Below, in pieces: positions 13,701 to 26,600 of a DNA stretch of 64,000 nt. A model generated the notes under the pieces. It made no database searches, had not been told where the DNA came from, and saw nothing but the letters and a program-made list of their open reading frames with translations. Source of the DNA: Hyphochytrium catenoides (Eukaryota; Protista; Hyphochytriomycota); the NCBI GenBank assembly GCA_900088475.1, contig FLMG01000972.1, positions 9,183 to 73,182 on the forward strand, in the 5' to 3' direction. The position numbers and the translations under genes are program-made. Every line of letters starts with the position of its first letter. The stretch's first letter is position 1.

Positions 13701-16700
13701 GAAGGAGACTAATGAAAGGTAGAAGACACCTCTTTCCCTATCCTCTTGCTCCTCTATTATTCTCTACTTAAGAGCTGCCTTGAAGCTCTTAGTACTTACC
13801 ACCTCTCTCCTCTTCTCCGCGGGATTTTTGACTTCTTACTTTCTTCTCTACTACTCTTTTCCTTCTCTTGCCTTTCTCTTCTCTTGCTCCATCGATACAG
13901 GGATGCGAGACGCACAATTTCGCTACTTCAGACGATGGAGAGAGTATGCGGAGAGGAAGAAGCAGCACAGGATGAAAGTGGCAAGAAGTTGGAATAAGAT
14001 TCTTCGAGCACAGCAGTTCAGAGTAAGTGGGGGGAAAGAGGTCATCTTCTCCTGCATCTCTCATTCTGTTCCTGCCTCTCTCTCTCCGCTTCTTCTTTCC
14101 TTTCTCTCTCTCTCTCCTTCTTTCTCTCTCTCTCTTATCTATCGGTTGTTGATCATTTGGACCCGGCTCTTGCTGCGTTGCCACCATTTCTGCCTAATCG
14201 GACTCTTGTCTTTCTCTCCGCTCGATAAGAGGGGGCCTACATTGTCCCTCTCCTGGTCGCTCACTTCTCTACCAGCTATGGTGTTTCTCTCTTCTTCTTT
14301 TGTCTAGTTGTTCTACCTCATTCTACTGAGTATCATGTCCGCCACATCTTTCAGTAGCTGAACCTCTCTACTCTTTTCTGTGTTGCCCTGATTTCCTTCT
14401 TCTGCTCTTCTGTTATAGTGCTGGACTGCTTGGAAAGACTTCGTGGGCGAGCAGAAGAGGAATCGCCGAGCACTTGCATTCTTTCGCCAAAGGGCAGAGA
14501 AGGATAGCGTGAGGCGATGGAAACAGTTCACTAGGGAAGAAAAGGAGAGAAGAGCCCAGGAGAGAGAAGCAGAAAGAGTAGTGCGTCATTTGAGAGAAAA
14601 CATTGCTGTTGGCCATTGGAAGACTTGGGCGATGGAGAGAGGAAGAGTCAAGAGGAAAGTGAGGGCCACGCTGTCCCTTATATTCCATCGGACACTCTGC
14701 AATACCTTTAAAGCCTGGAGGACAGTGCTTGAGGATCGAGCAGAGAGAGAAAGAGTTCTCGCGAAGCGATGGCAAGAGAAGGAGTTGAAAAGGCTCCTCA
14801 AGACCTGGGTCAGTCATCTGGAACATGTTTGTCTTTGCTCCGTTTCTCATATGCTCCGGGTTTTCTCATTGGATGGCCTCCTCTTGCTCTCTCTCTCTCT
14901 CTCTTCCTAATCTGTCTCACTTCGCTCTCTCCTGCTCTCTCTCTCTCCTTTTCTCTCTCTCTCTTTCTTTTGCTCTCTTTCTCTCTGGCTTTCACCGTCG
15001 CCTTCTATCTGGTAGAATCTTGGCACCGTTCTGGTTCTCATATCCCCTTCTTGTTCTTGACCGTACCAATGGATCTCATATTCTCCCGTGCCAGGACTCT
15101 TTCCTGTGCTTACGAGCAGATTTCCACGTCGGAGCCATGCAGCTCCAAGCTTTCTGGCGAGGGGTGATAGGAAGGAGATACGCAGAGAATTACTATCTAG
15201 AGAGAACTTGGGCAGCAGTTGTGTTCCAGACTATCTGGAGGGGTAGAAGAGCAAGGAGAGAGAGAGAGAAAAAGAAGAGGGAGAGAAGGCTGCAAGACTA
15301 TCTCGCTCAAGAAAGAGAGCAAGACAAGATGGAGAAAGAAGAAGAGCGAATATGGGAGTATCTTAGATTTGAGCGAAAGGTTGCCGTGATACAAGCGTTA
15401 TGGAGAAGGAGAGAGGCACGTAGGCGTTACTATCGAGCTATTGAAGAGCAGAAGAGGCGCCAGAGAGAGAAAGAGATGGAGGAGAAGAAAGAGATACTGC
15501 GGAAGCTCGAAGAGAAGAAGGTAGGAGGAGACGACAATAGATTGAGCAGCAAAATGAGGGCTCTCTCTTACCCTTTCCTTCCTTCTCTTCCTCTCTGTCA
15601 GCTGCGGCTGGAACGCATGGAGAAACTTAAGCATGTTGCCGTGATAGAGGTGCAAAGAGTGGTGAGAGGGTTCCTGGGACGGAGAAGAGCGCAGAGACTG
15701 CGGGAGGACTACTTCGAATCGCAGTGCGCCGCGATGCTACAGGCCGCCTACAGAGGCAGGATCGTCAGAAGGTTGCCCTCTTATAGTTCTTCTCTCGGTC
15801 CCTCCTCGTTGTGGCAGTTGATGGTCTTGATCTTCATCTCTCTCTATTCTCTCTCTCTCTCTTCATCTCTCTCTCTCACTCTCTCGCTCTCCCTCTCTCT
15901 CTCGCTCTCGCTCTGTCTCTCCCTCTCTCTCTCTCTCTCCTTTGCTGTCACTTTCGCTAGTCAAACTGACCACACTGCCCTCTCTGCGTCCCGTCTGCAG
16001 AGCCGTCTACGCCAAGAGGCGACATCGAGTTACCATGCTGCAAGTGGTTCAGAGTCGAAGAGAAGAGGCAACAATTCTCCGAACCATCGGCGCCAAGGAC
16101 AGGAAGGGGCAAAGCCTTGTCCGTTCGTTCTTTGACTCGGTCGGGGCGTCTCCTGAGTCTTTCACCTTTGGCGCTAAGAAAATCCTACGGGACGTAATGG
16201 CTGACTACAAGTTCTTCCGGCGGTGTCTTGAGGAAGAGCTCGAAGTTCTGAGGGAAGGGCTCTTCTCAAAGAGAAGGAGGACTGCCGTGAGAGAGAAATG
16301 GAGAAAGGAAGAAGAGGAGGAAGGACAGGTCCTTCCAAACACTGCTGTCAGAGTAATAATCAGAGGTCATCCTAGGGAAGGAGAGACTGGTAAGATCTCT
16401 CCCCTAACTTACGTCCTCCTTGATGTCTCGCTTCCCCTGCCTGCCTGGGCTTCAGCAACAATATCAGCATCTTCTTATATTCCTCGCTGCCTTACGACCG
16501 ATTCGCCCGCTGACGCCACTAGCCGTCTATCTTCGTCGTTCTCAGGGTATGTTCTTCGTGTGGACATGCGGTCTCGTCCTCCTCTGGCTGAGGTCCGAAT
16601 GGACAGCGATGGAGAGGTGGAGTTCATCCCCATTCTTATGGAAGATACGGACATTATTCAATATAGCAGCATGAAGTACTNNNNNNNNNNNNNNNNNNNN

Positions 16701-19700
16701 NNNNNNNNNNNNNNNNNNNNNNNNNNNNNNNNNNNTCCTTCCATCTGTCTCAGCAGCACTGCTTTTGGTTGCAACGGGAGGCGAAAGCTTGTGACGTAAT
16801 CTAACCTTCCACAGCGTATTGCGTGACACTGCTGTCTTTGCTCTCCTTTCTCTCGTATAAGGGGCATGACTTGAGTCTCCTTTGGGGTCTCTCTCCTCCT
16901 TATTTCTCTCATTTCTCACATCTGATAGAATCCTCTCTTTCGATGCCTGTCCAACAGGTCGACACGATGGATTTCACTGCGATACGCGCTGGAGCCTCTG
17001 CCGACCTAAAGAGCTTCCGCCGCCGGGTAATGGAGTATGCGAGATCGATACGAGAAGACAGGAGGAGAGACAGAGCGGCGAGGGTGATCCAAAGAGCAGC
17101 GAGGGTGATGCACGCCCGGATGAAGGTAAGCTGAGAGGAAGATAGAGCAAGTGGTGAGCGAGAGAGAGAAGAGAGTGTGTGTCACACGGAGGCGTCTCCT
17201 CTGAGTCTCTTAGTTCCTTGTAACGAGGGAGACAACGTGTTGCAATTGTCTTTTTTGCAGCTCTGCAACCTGAAACTTAGCTTTCTTGAGAGATGGCCTC
17301 TAGACAAGTCGAGTCCCGCCATTGCTTGCACCTCTTCTCGCATGCTCACGTCTTGTCTCTGTCTGGTCCTGGCCTTAGGTGGCCGAGGAACGTCTCAAGC
17401 AGGGGACGTTGGTAGCTCGCCGTCAGGCCATTCTTCGGACCGTTCTGCAACATCTCTCCCTTTATAACAATAGAACTGCCAAAATCCTGGCAGAGCTCAA
17501 CCTCGTGCGCGAAGAGTATCTTCCGCCCTCTCTTCCCTCTGAGCCATTGATAATAGAAGCCATAGCAGACAGATTCAGGAGGTTTTTGGCCCGAGAAAGA
17601 GAGAAGAGAGGGAAAGAGGACCAAGATAGCAAGATAGACGAGGTCTTCCGAGGGACGGAAAAGAAGGGAGAAGTCTTAAACGTGCCGGTCCCCTTCCTCA
17701 ACTTTGGCAGGCTTGCGGACGAAGTGTCTCTTAGAATAAAGAGAGCGCCTACGCTTCGGATGGCTACTCTACTGGAAGCGCAAGGGAAGATAGAGGCGGC
17801 GAAGAGGCTAAGAGAGGAGGAGTTTGCATGGGAACACCGAGTAAGGAGACAAAGCAGAAAGAAAATAGGAGAACGTCAAGAATAGCCTCCGTACATCGCC
17901 CTCTCTCCTTATTTGTGCTTGTTCCTTTCTTCTTCTGCTGAGCCAATGTTCGTGCCTTTCAACAATTATCTATTAATCTCTTTGTTCTCTCTTTCTCTCT
18001 CTCGTCAGCCTTTCCTTTGGCCTGTTTTCGCCTTTCCTTCATTCTCTCTATGTCCTAACCAGTACCGTCTCGCTCTTCTGATGACCGCGCAGGAGAAGAG
18101 GATCCGAGTGGGTGCTTATTGCTTTGCTCAGCTTTCTTCTTCTCCTCTCACTCTCTCCGACGGCTGGGCTATTGTCCACAGTCAATGGAAAGATGGTGCC
18201 CCTCACTCTTGGGGAGTAGCCAAATTTCTCTCGGGAGTCGCATTCAATGGAAGGCAGAGGGTGGGCAAACCAGCGGAAACCGGAAAGAAAAGACAGGACC
18301 AGGGCGTGGTGTGGGCAGAGAGAGGAAGCGTGTACGCCAAGTACAAACATATGGCAAAGATGCGGCTTCAAGAGCAACAGGTACCGCTTAAGAGTAGAGA
18401 GCTCGTGGTAGAAAGAGGAAGATGATAGTAAGAGAGATGGGCAACAGAGAGATAGAGAAACATGCACAGATAGGGCAAAGCGAATAAAGATAATGCGAGA
18501 GAGGAGAGGGGCGGCTGGGGAAAGAGCGGAGACATATACATAGAGGAAGCGAGAATGGGCTAGCAGAGGGAAATCAATTGATCAGGAAGAGACACCTTCC
18601 CACATCCACATCATCATCGGCGAGGTCCTTCATACAGCGCAAAGAACTTTAACATGTTTTGCTTGTTTGTCTTCCAGGACAAGCACCAGCGTCTCTCTCT
18701 TCAGTTACTCGTGGCGCACAGTGAATATGTGAGAGCAAGAGAAAAGGAGGGGCCGACCGGTTATGCCATGAGACATCAGCAGCTGTCACTGCAAGAGGAA
18801 GAGCTAAAAGCTGTGTGGGGTCAATTGGTAGAGGCGAAGAAGTCAGAGCGAGAAGAGATGGAGACACTTCTGGCAGCGGTAAGATTATGCCTTTTCTTTC
18901 TTTTTCTGTCCGTCGCTACATGCCTGTTCTTCAGCTCTATGGCTTCTCGTCCTCGTTTGCCCTCTTTGTACCCGAGCTCTCTTCAGCATCTCTCGCTATC
19001 AGGTTGGATGATGATGACTCTTCTCTTTCCTCTTCGTGGCTCTCAGGAGGCAATCGCTGTGGAGAAGCGGAGGAGAGCTATCAAAGAAGTGCTGGAGAGA
19101 GCCAGGCTCTTAGGGAGGTTGCGCGTAGATCCTCCATCTCCTGTCTTTGACTTGAGAGAAGGAGAAATTGCCTCCTTCTCCCTCCCCTTCTATGTCCGTG
19201 CCAAGGGCAATATTGAGGCACAGTGGGACGATGGGAACTGGTATAGAGCACACATCCTATCTCTTCGAAAGGGAGAAGAAGAGGCGCTAGTAGAGTACGA
19301 AGATAACGGTAGCAAGGAGCTCCTCTCTCTCTCCTACAGAGAGGATCTTGAGAGGGAAGGAGGACAGGATAGAGCTCCTAAAGCAGAAGACAAACAGGAG
19401 AGAGAGGAGAAAGAGAGACCTCCCTCAGAAGAGGGTCATACCGATGAAGAGAGACCAAGGAAGCTGATCTGGAGACCGTGGAGAGCGGAAGGAGCCGTAG
19501 AGCTTCTTTGGTCGACTCCTGAGAGCAACGGGGCTCCCATCTCTTACTACACAGTCCGCTGGGTAAATGACAGTGATAGCTCAGATAGAGGAGAGCTCAC
19601 TCTCTCTTTCAAAGACTCTCTTTGTCCTCCTCCTCCCAAGAAGAGGGAAGAGGAGGAGGCAGTCCGGGAGAGAAAAGCGATGACAGATGTTCCTGGTCAC

Positions 19701-20915
19701 GTAAAGCCCTCTTCTGATGAAGAAGAAGAAGAAGATGATGAAGAGTAAGCAAGAGCTGATTGTGTAACTCCTTCCTCCCGTCTCTTCCTCCTTTCTTAGC
19801 TTCCAGTCTAGATACGACGCAAACGAAACAACTGTTCCCAACCTTTGGCGTCTCTTCTACATGCTGACCTTCCTTCCTCTCTTCTCTCTCTGACAGGCCG
19901 CTTGCTGAGCCCATGGATGATGATGATGAAGAAGGCGACGGCGACAGGAGAAGAGAAAGAGAGGAGGGGGGAGAAGAGGGGATCTTCTCCCATCACGCTA
20001 TGGCTTGGCCTCTACGAGTGGACAACCTCTACACCTTCACCATTACATCCACTAACGCTGAGGGAGAGAGCGAGCCCAGCGCTAAGCTTAGGGCAGTGCA
20101 GGCGGAACCGCTAATGTATCGGATGGCAGTGACGAGGAAGCAGGAGCAACAAGAGAGAGAGGAGACAGAGAAGAGACTTCGAGACAGGAAGAGAGAGATG
20201 GAACTGAGAATCATCATCAGACAGAAAAGAGAAGAGAGGCGTTGTGAGATCTGCCGCGAGCTGCAGGTAGAGGAAGCACTTCTTACGGCTCTATCGTTTG
20301 ATCGCACTTGTCCACCTTCTGCTGCCATCTTCTTTAATTGTATGAGTCTTTCCTCTCTCGTGCACTGTTTAGGATATTCAAATGTACATTTATTTGTGTC
20401 TCAAGTGTAAATTTATGTGTGTGCGTGTCTCTCTCTCCTTCTTCGTCTCACTCTCTCCCTTCCTCTGTCCCTCTTTCTCTTTCTCTTTTTTTCTTTTTTT
20501 TGCCCTTTTTCTCTACCTGTGTCTTGTTCTTCTCTCTCTCCCGCCGACTCTCACGTTCAATCTCACTCTTTTGGTTTAAATTTTCCTTCTCCTGCTTCAC
20601 CGTCGCCGCTTTGTTGCCTTCTACCGCCGGTTCTTTCCCTTCCTCCTCTCAAGCCCGACCCAGAGTCAGTGCTGCAGCACGTGCGCACTGCCCACGGCGT
20701 GACTTGGGTCTGTCCATTCTTTCACTGTCGCACGCCCTGCGCCTCTCCAGCCGCCCTCTCCTACCATCTCCGGCACTGCACCGAAACTCTCATGAACGGC
20801 TTCGAGAAAGAGGTATCAAGTCTAGCTAGATATTTATCTAGTTCGCAGTCTCTCTCTCTCCTCTTTCTCTCGCAAAACTCTCCCTCACTCTCTTACTCTC
20901 TCTCTCTCTTCTCTG

Positions 20916-20946
<31 letters not shown>

Positions 20947-23577
20947 TGCTTTCTTTTTTCTTTCTTTTTTACCTTCTATCTTTCTTTTTCTCTTTGTCAT
21001 CCTCTCTCTTTCCTCACCCTCTTTCTCTCTCTCTTCCTCTCTTTAAATCTTGGTTGTCCTTTCTCTCCTTTTGTCCCCAGAATTTTCCCATCTCTGTTCT
21101 CTCTCCTTTTTCTTAGTACTCTCCTATCTTTCGACTCCTTCATTCACGTTTTTTGTCGTAGGATGCGGAGATACAGCGGATATTCCAGCTCTCTCGGCAG
21201 TATTGCAAGCTCAAACGGAAACGTCACCTCCCTCCAACTCTCACTGCTGGAGGCCTAGTAGGGAGAGACGAGGAGCATGAGAGAGAAGAAGAGAGAAGGA
21301 GGAAGGAAGAAGAGTTTTATGATGCGCGCCTAGCTCAGGCTGACGCGGAGGCAGTCAAGCTTTCGCAGGACAGACTTGATAACGCGAAGAGAAGAAGAAT
21401 TGAGAAGAAGGAGAGGAAAGACCGGATCCGTCCTCCCCTATTACCCTCCATCCACAAAGTGCGTTGATCATTTTGTTTCTCTACCTCCCTGTCTTCCTTG
21501 CTGCTCTCTCATTTCAGTGAAGCCCTAAGCAACACTCTGGGGATCTCTTTGCTCTCTTCTTCGCCGTTCTTCCTACCCTGAGAGGCTCTTTCCTCTTGCA
21601 AACAGGACGATACCCTCCTGTCCCCCACTTCTGTCTCACCAGAACCTTGCGTTCCTCTCTCTGTCTCCCTTTTCTCTTTCTTTGTCTCTCTTTCGTGTCT
21701 CTCTGTCTCTCTCTCTCTCCTGTCTTGTTCTCAGTTCACCTGCTTTCCCGTTCTGCATCATGTCTTCCTGGGCGCTAGGTGTCGTACACTACTGAGCAAG
21801 CTGTTAGAGAAGATTGTACGCAAACTGCTGAGGCTCTGGTGGCGGCAGAGAAAGACTTGGAAGCGCTGGGAACGAGTCAGAAGAGAGAGGAGGCCGAACT
21901 CGGGTCTGAAAGGAGAAGGCTTGAGAGCCAACTGCAAGAGTATAGGGCCAAAATGAAGAAGGCAGACGGTGCGATGCCCTTGCTCTTTCCTAATCGTCTT
22001 CTTGTTTCCTCCTCTCTTCCACGGCTCCTCGCTTTCTTCTTCCTCCTTCCCTCATTCTCTTTCTTTCCTACTGCTCGCTCTGCTCGAAGGCTCTCTCTCT
22101 CTCTCTCTCTCCCTCTCTCTCTCTCTCTTTCTCNNNNNNNNNNNNNNNNNNNNNNNNNNNNNNNNNTCTCTCTCTCTCTCTCTCTGTCTGTCTCTCTGTC
22201 TGTCCCTCCCCTCCGCCTGATTCAGGTTCTCCACGTTGCGGATCGACCTCGTCTGCTTTTTTCCTATATGTCTAAATGGCTTGATCTAAGAATATATCCT
22301 CTTCTTGTCTACTTTGAAGGTTATCCGAGTGCCATCTATCTTAGAATAAGCTGCTTGTTGGTTGTCTTCTTTTCCCTTCTATGTTTCCATGGTTCTCCTC
22401 CTCTGTGACCTCTTCTTACCTCTGGGTTGACATAGGTTGGGAGAGAGAGCGATTCGCTCGCGCCAAGAAAGAGGATACAGAGCGGCTGCAAGACGTGGTT
22501 GAGAGGCAAGAGAAAATGGTGGGAGAGTATGAGAAGAAGCGAACGGAACTAGAGAAGCGGATCGCGAACCTCCGCAAGCAGAGAGAAGCACTAACTGAGC
22601 TGTTATCATCAGTCCTCTCCCTAGTTGAGACACAGGGCAAGGTCTCTCTCTGCACTAGGGAGGTTGAAGAGAGAGAAGAAAGGCACATGAGAGAGATATC
22701 TCGCCTGCAGACTCGCCTAGAGGAGCTCATCGGACTCTCCATAGCAGAGGTGAAAAAGCTCGAGATGTGGGAAACAGACTCTCAACGCAAAAGGCTCCAT
22801 CTGGACACTCTGCGAGACCGGCTTCGGAACCTGCAGATGAGGCGGCGCGCGGAAATCACCGGCATCGCTGAGGAAATGGAGCTGCAAGATGCCTATGATC
22901 GCGAGGTCTTCGAAGCGATGACGGAGATTGTGCCAGATCTCAACGGAGCGAGAGGGTATTTAGAGAAAAGAAGAGGAGGTAACGGCCCCGGAGATGTGGA
23001 AAGGATCCTCTCCAACGAAGAGAAGGCAGCCATCCAGCAGAAAGAGTTGGAAGCCTTGCGTCAGGCTGTTGTCTCAGAGGAGAAGGAGGATGGAGAGGAT
23101 GGAAAAGAAGACCATGACGAGAGTCCTCTATCGCCTCCTCCCCCGCCGCCGCCGCCACCTCCTCCGCCTCCAGCAGCGGGAGGCCAAGAAACTTTGAAAG
23201 AGAGACGCGACGGAGAGGCTAGAAATCTTCAGCTATCTCCATTTTTAGACGATGGGAGAGACGAAGAAGGAGGAGAGAGAGCAGCCAACAAACGCTTCTA
23301 CCTCCGTCTGGAGGGAAAGTTTGATCGCGGTAGGATTGCGGGCCAGGTTTACATCGAGTTCACTGACGGAAGCAAGTTTGAAGGTCCCTGGGAGGAGGAT
23401 GTGAGCAGCGTGACTCGTCTCAAAAGAAAGAGGGAAAAAGGCAGCAAAGCCGAGAAGAAGAAAGGAAAGAAGACAGTTCATCACAAGGAAGACGAAGTCT
23501 GGGGCAGGTAGTAGGGACTTGGTGGATCGGCTGCTCAGCCTTGCCGTGGGCTATCTCTCATTCCCCTTCTCTCATAT

Positions 23578-23608
<31 letters not shown>

Positions 23609-26600
23609 GTGTCCCTCTTCTTTCCCCCCTCTGTCTCCCTCTGATCCTTCTCTCTCTGTTGCTTACGTGTCATTGGTCAGTAAGCTGACCTCATCTCACT
23701 TGTCTACATGTGCAGGTGGACCACACCTTCCGGAGACACTTGGGAAGGACTGACAGTTGACAACCACTTTTGCCCAGAGGAGGCACAAGGGGACTTTCTT
23801 CTAACCAGAGCGAATGGTGACCAGTACGATGGCTCGTTCTTTGATGGAAAGGAGAGCGGTTTTGGCACTCTCCTTTTTGGGAAAGAGACACAAGAGAACG
23901 ACAGACTTGCAAGAAGAAAGAGCTCTCTTGTCCCCTCTTCTTCCCTTGCCAGTTCGGGGGAATACTTTGGAGAGTGGCAGAGAGGCAAGAGACATGGTTA
24001 TGGCGTACAGATTCTCTCCAATGGTGAGAGATATGAGGGAGAATGGCAGGAGGGAAGACCACATGGGAAAGGGAAGATTGTCTTCCCAGATGGCTCCTTC
24101 TATGAGGGAGAATATCAAGCAGGAAGATGGAGTGGGAGAGGAAAGAGAGTTTGCGCCAATGGGGACACCTACATAGGCGAGTTCTTAGGGGGAGAAAAAC
24201 ACGGAGAAGGAGAGATGAAGTACGCAGATGGAACAGTGTACGTTGGCGCCTTCTCTCATGACCAGAGACATGGGCCTTTCTCCGTCATGAAGTATGCGGA
24301 TGGAAGTCGGTATGAGGGGCCCTTCAGAGAAGACATGGAAGAGGGAGAGGGCACTCTTTTCTATAAGGAGAAGATAGGCAAAAGTGGAAAAAAAGAGGAG
24401 GTTCTCTCTCGAAAAGGAGTTTGGGAGAAAGGAGCTCTTGTTCGCTGGCTAACTCACCCCATCAGCAGAGAGCTTACGCTGACCTTCGTACAGAATTTCG
24501 GGGTCATCAGGCAGGTGGGAGCCAGGGGAGTCTTTGAGTTTGAGGTGGACCGAAAGCGTCTCCGCTCCGCTTTTTCTCTCCTTGTGGCCTCCAAGCTCCC
24601 CGAGCTACCTCCTGGAGTTGACAAGAGAGATCCCTTCGTTCGGGCCATTGTGCTGCACTTAGCAGCTGCGGAGGAGGAGATGACCGGCTCAAACACGCTA
24701 AAGAAAGTGGTTGAGAGGGCGACAATAGCTGAGGAAGAAGAGAGGCGTGCTGAAGAAGAAGAAGCATCTCTCGCTCTCCAGCGAAAGGAAGCGGAGGCCA
24801 GGCTTAGAGAGGCAGAAGAGCGGCTGCAGGAGGCAACGGACGAGCATGATGCTCTGGTCGGCCGAGAAAGGTACCTGCAAGGAGAGATTGCCATGTTCTG
24901 GAAGCGAGACCCGAAGGTAAGCGTTGAAATAGACTGATGACAGTTCCATTCCGCTGTCGTGTCTGATTAGACTGAGTAGCTAAGCCTAGGATTTGTCTCA
25001 TATCTGGACCTCTCCCATTGTCTCTTCATCACTTTTGCCCTTTCACTCCTTGACGGCGCCTTTGGTTTCATTCCCAGGGCTACGTCAGGGCCTATGAGGA
25101 AGCTGCTAAAAGTCTCAGAGAAGTCAAGCACTCGGAGTGGGAAAAGGTCGGTTCAGTCCTTACGTCTTGCTCTTAAAGCGCTGCGACTACCCTGTTTCTT
25201 CTGAGATGTGCCTCCACCATCGCTCCTTTCCTTACATGGGATATGGAACTAACAAGTCTGATCGGTGTACAGCTTCACAACCCTTTCCTGACGCTTAAAG
25301 TCCTCCTTTATCACCTTTCAGCCACTTCCAGCCTCGTAATATTCTCACCTCTCCCTCTCTTTTGCTTGAATTAGCTTAAAGAGGCGCCGGATAAGTGGCC
25401 CCAGGTGCTCCGTGATGTCCTCTACGGAGTCTGCATACTTCTGAACTACACACGGGAAGTTTACCTCCACGGCAAGCCATACAAGCCCTCTCCAACCGAA
25501 CTCCTTATGATTGTGGCGGACTCTGAGGAAAATGTGGAGCTGGTCAGAGAGATAGTGCTAGAGCCTTGCAGATTCACAGTCACTTCTTAGTTGCCTCTGT
25601 GCCTTGTCTTCATTCTTCCTCTTACCTTCTCCCTCATCCCCTGGCGCTCTTACTCTCCTCCCTTACTCGACATAATTGGCTGACGCAAGTGTGCTGCCTC
25701 CTCTCTCTCATCGCTTCAGGGTGACCTTGAGGGCTTAATACACCATTACCCTGTGAAGGCAGTGTACCTTCTCCCGCTCTTTGATCCTTACTCCTTCTCT
25801 TTCGGCGCGAGGAAGAAGATGCTTGACAGAGTGGCTCAGATTGTGCATAACCCTAAGATCAGACCCAACAATCTTAGCATGACTAAGATCTCCATGGCGG
25901 CCTCGGCTCTAACGCTCTGGCTCAGAGCAGCATTTGCATACGCCTCTGCAGCCTGTAAAATGGCCCCTTATCAGCGAGAGATAGAGCAAATCCAGTTTAA
26001 GGTCCCTAGGAAAGTCAGAGAGAAAGAGGAAAGAGAACATGAAGTGGAAGAGCAGAAGCTTTTTCTGCAGGAGATTGCAGCACGACAAAAAGGCTTCGAG
26101 GAGACGGTGAAGAGCTGCAAAAAAGAGAGGGAAAGCGCCGAAGCTGTTCTTCGCGAGGTAAGCTCAGCCTGGACGATAAGGCCAAGAGGAGCGACAACTA
26201 GAAGGAGCCTTTTTCTCTCTCTCGCTTTCGGTCTTTCCTGTTGATTTTTGATTGACGTTCATTATCTATTTACTGCCATCTTGTATCCGATCTTAGGCTG
26301 AAGAACTCCAGAAGGCAGACAAGTCGGGCCTACCGCGGATTATTCGAAAGGATGCTCTAGACTCCAAGGATTTCACGCAGCAGCTCTACGATGAGGACCT
26401 GAGGAAGATTGAGGAGGAGAAAGAAAGGGAGAGACAGAGACAGCGAGAGATAATGGCCTCTCAGAAAGACAAATGGCAGGCTCTGAAGGTCAATGTGCGC
26501 ATCCTCCTCCGAGCTCGAGGAGGAAAAGTGAAGATGTCAGACTTTCTCGTCCTCTATGCAGAGCAGTTCCAAGAGCGCTTTGATGTTTCTTCCTTTGGCT

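Noticed and set aside
24700-26244. A dynein heavy chain gene or pseudogene
   Set aside because: No AAA, linker or tail sequence is present, and the stalk-like exons are in frame with the MORN and LOTUS exons.
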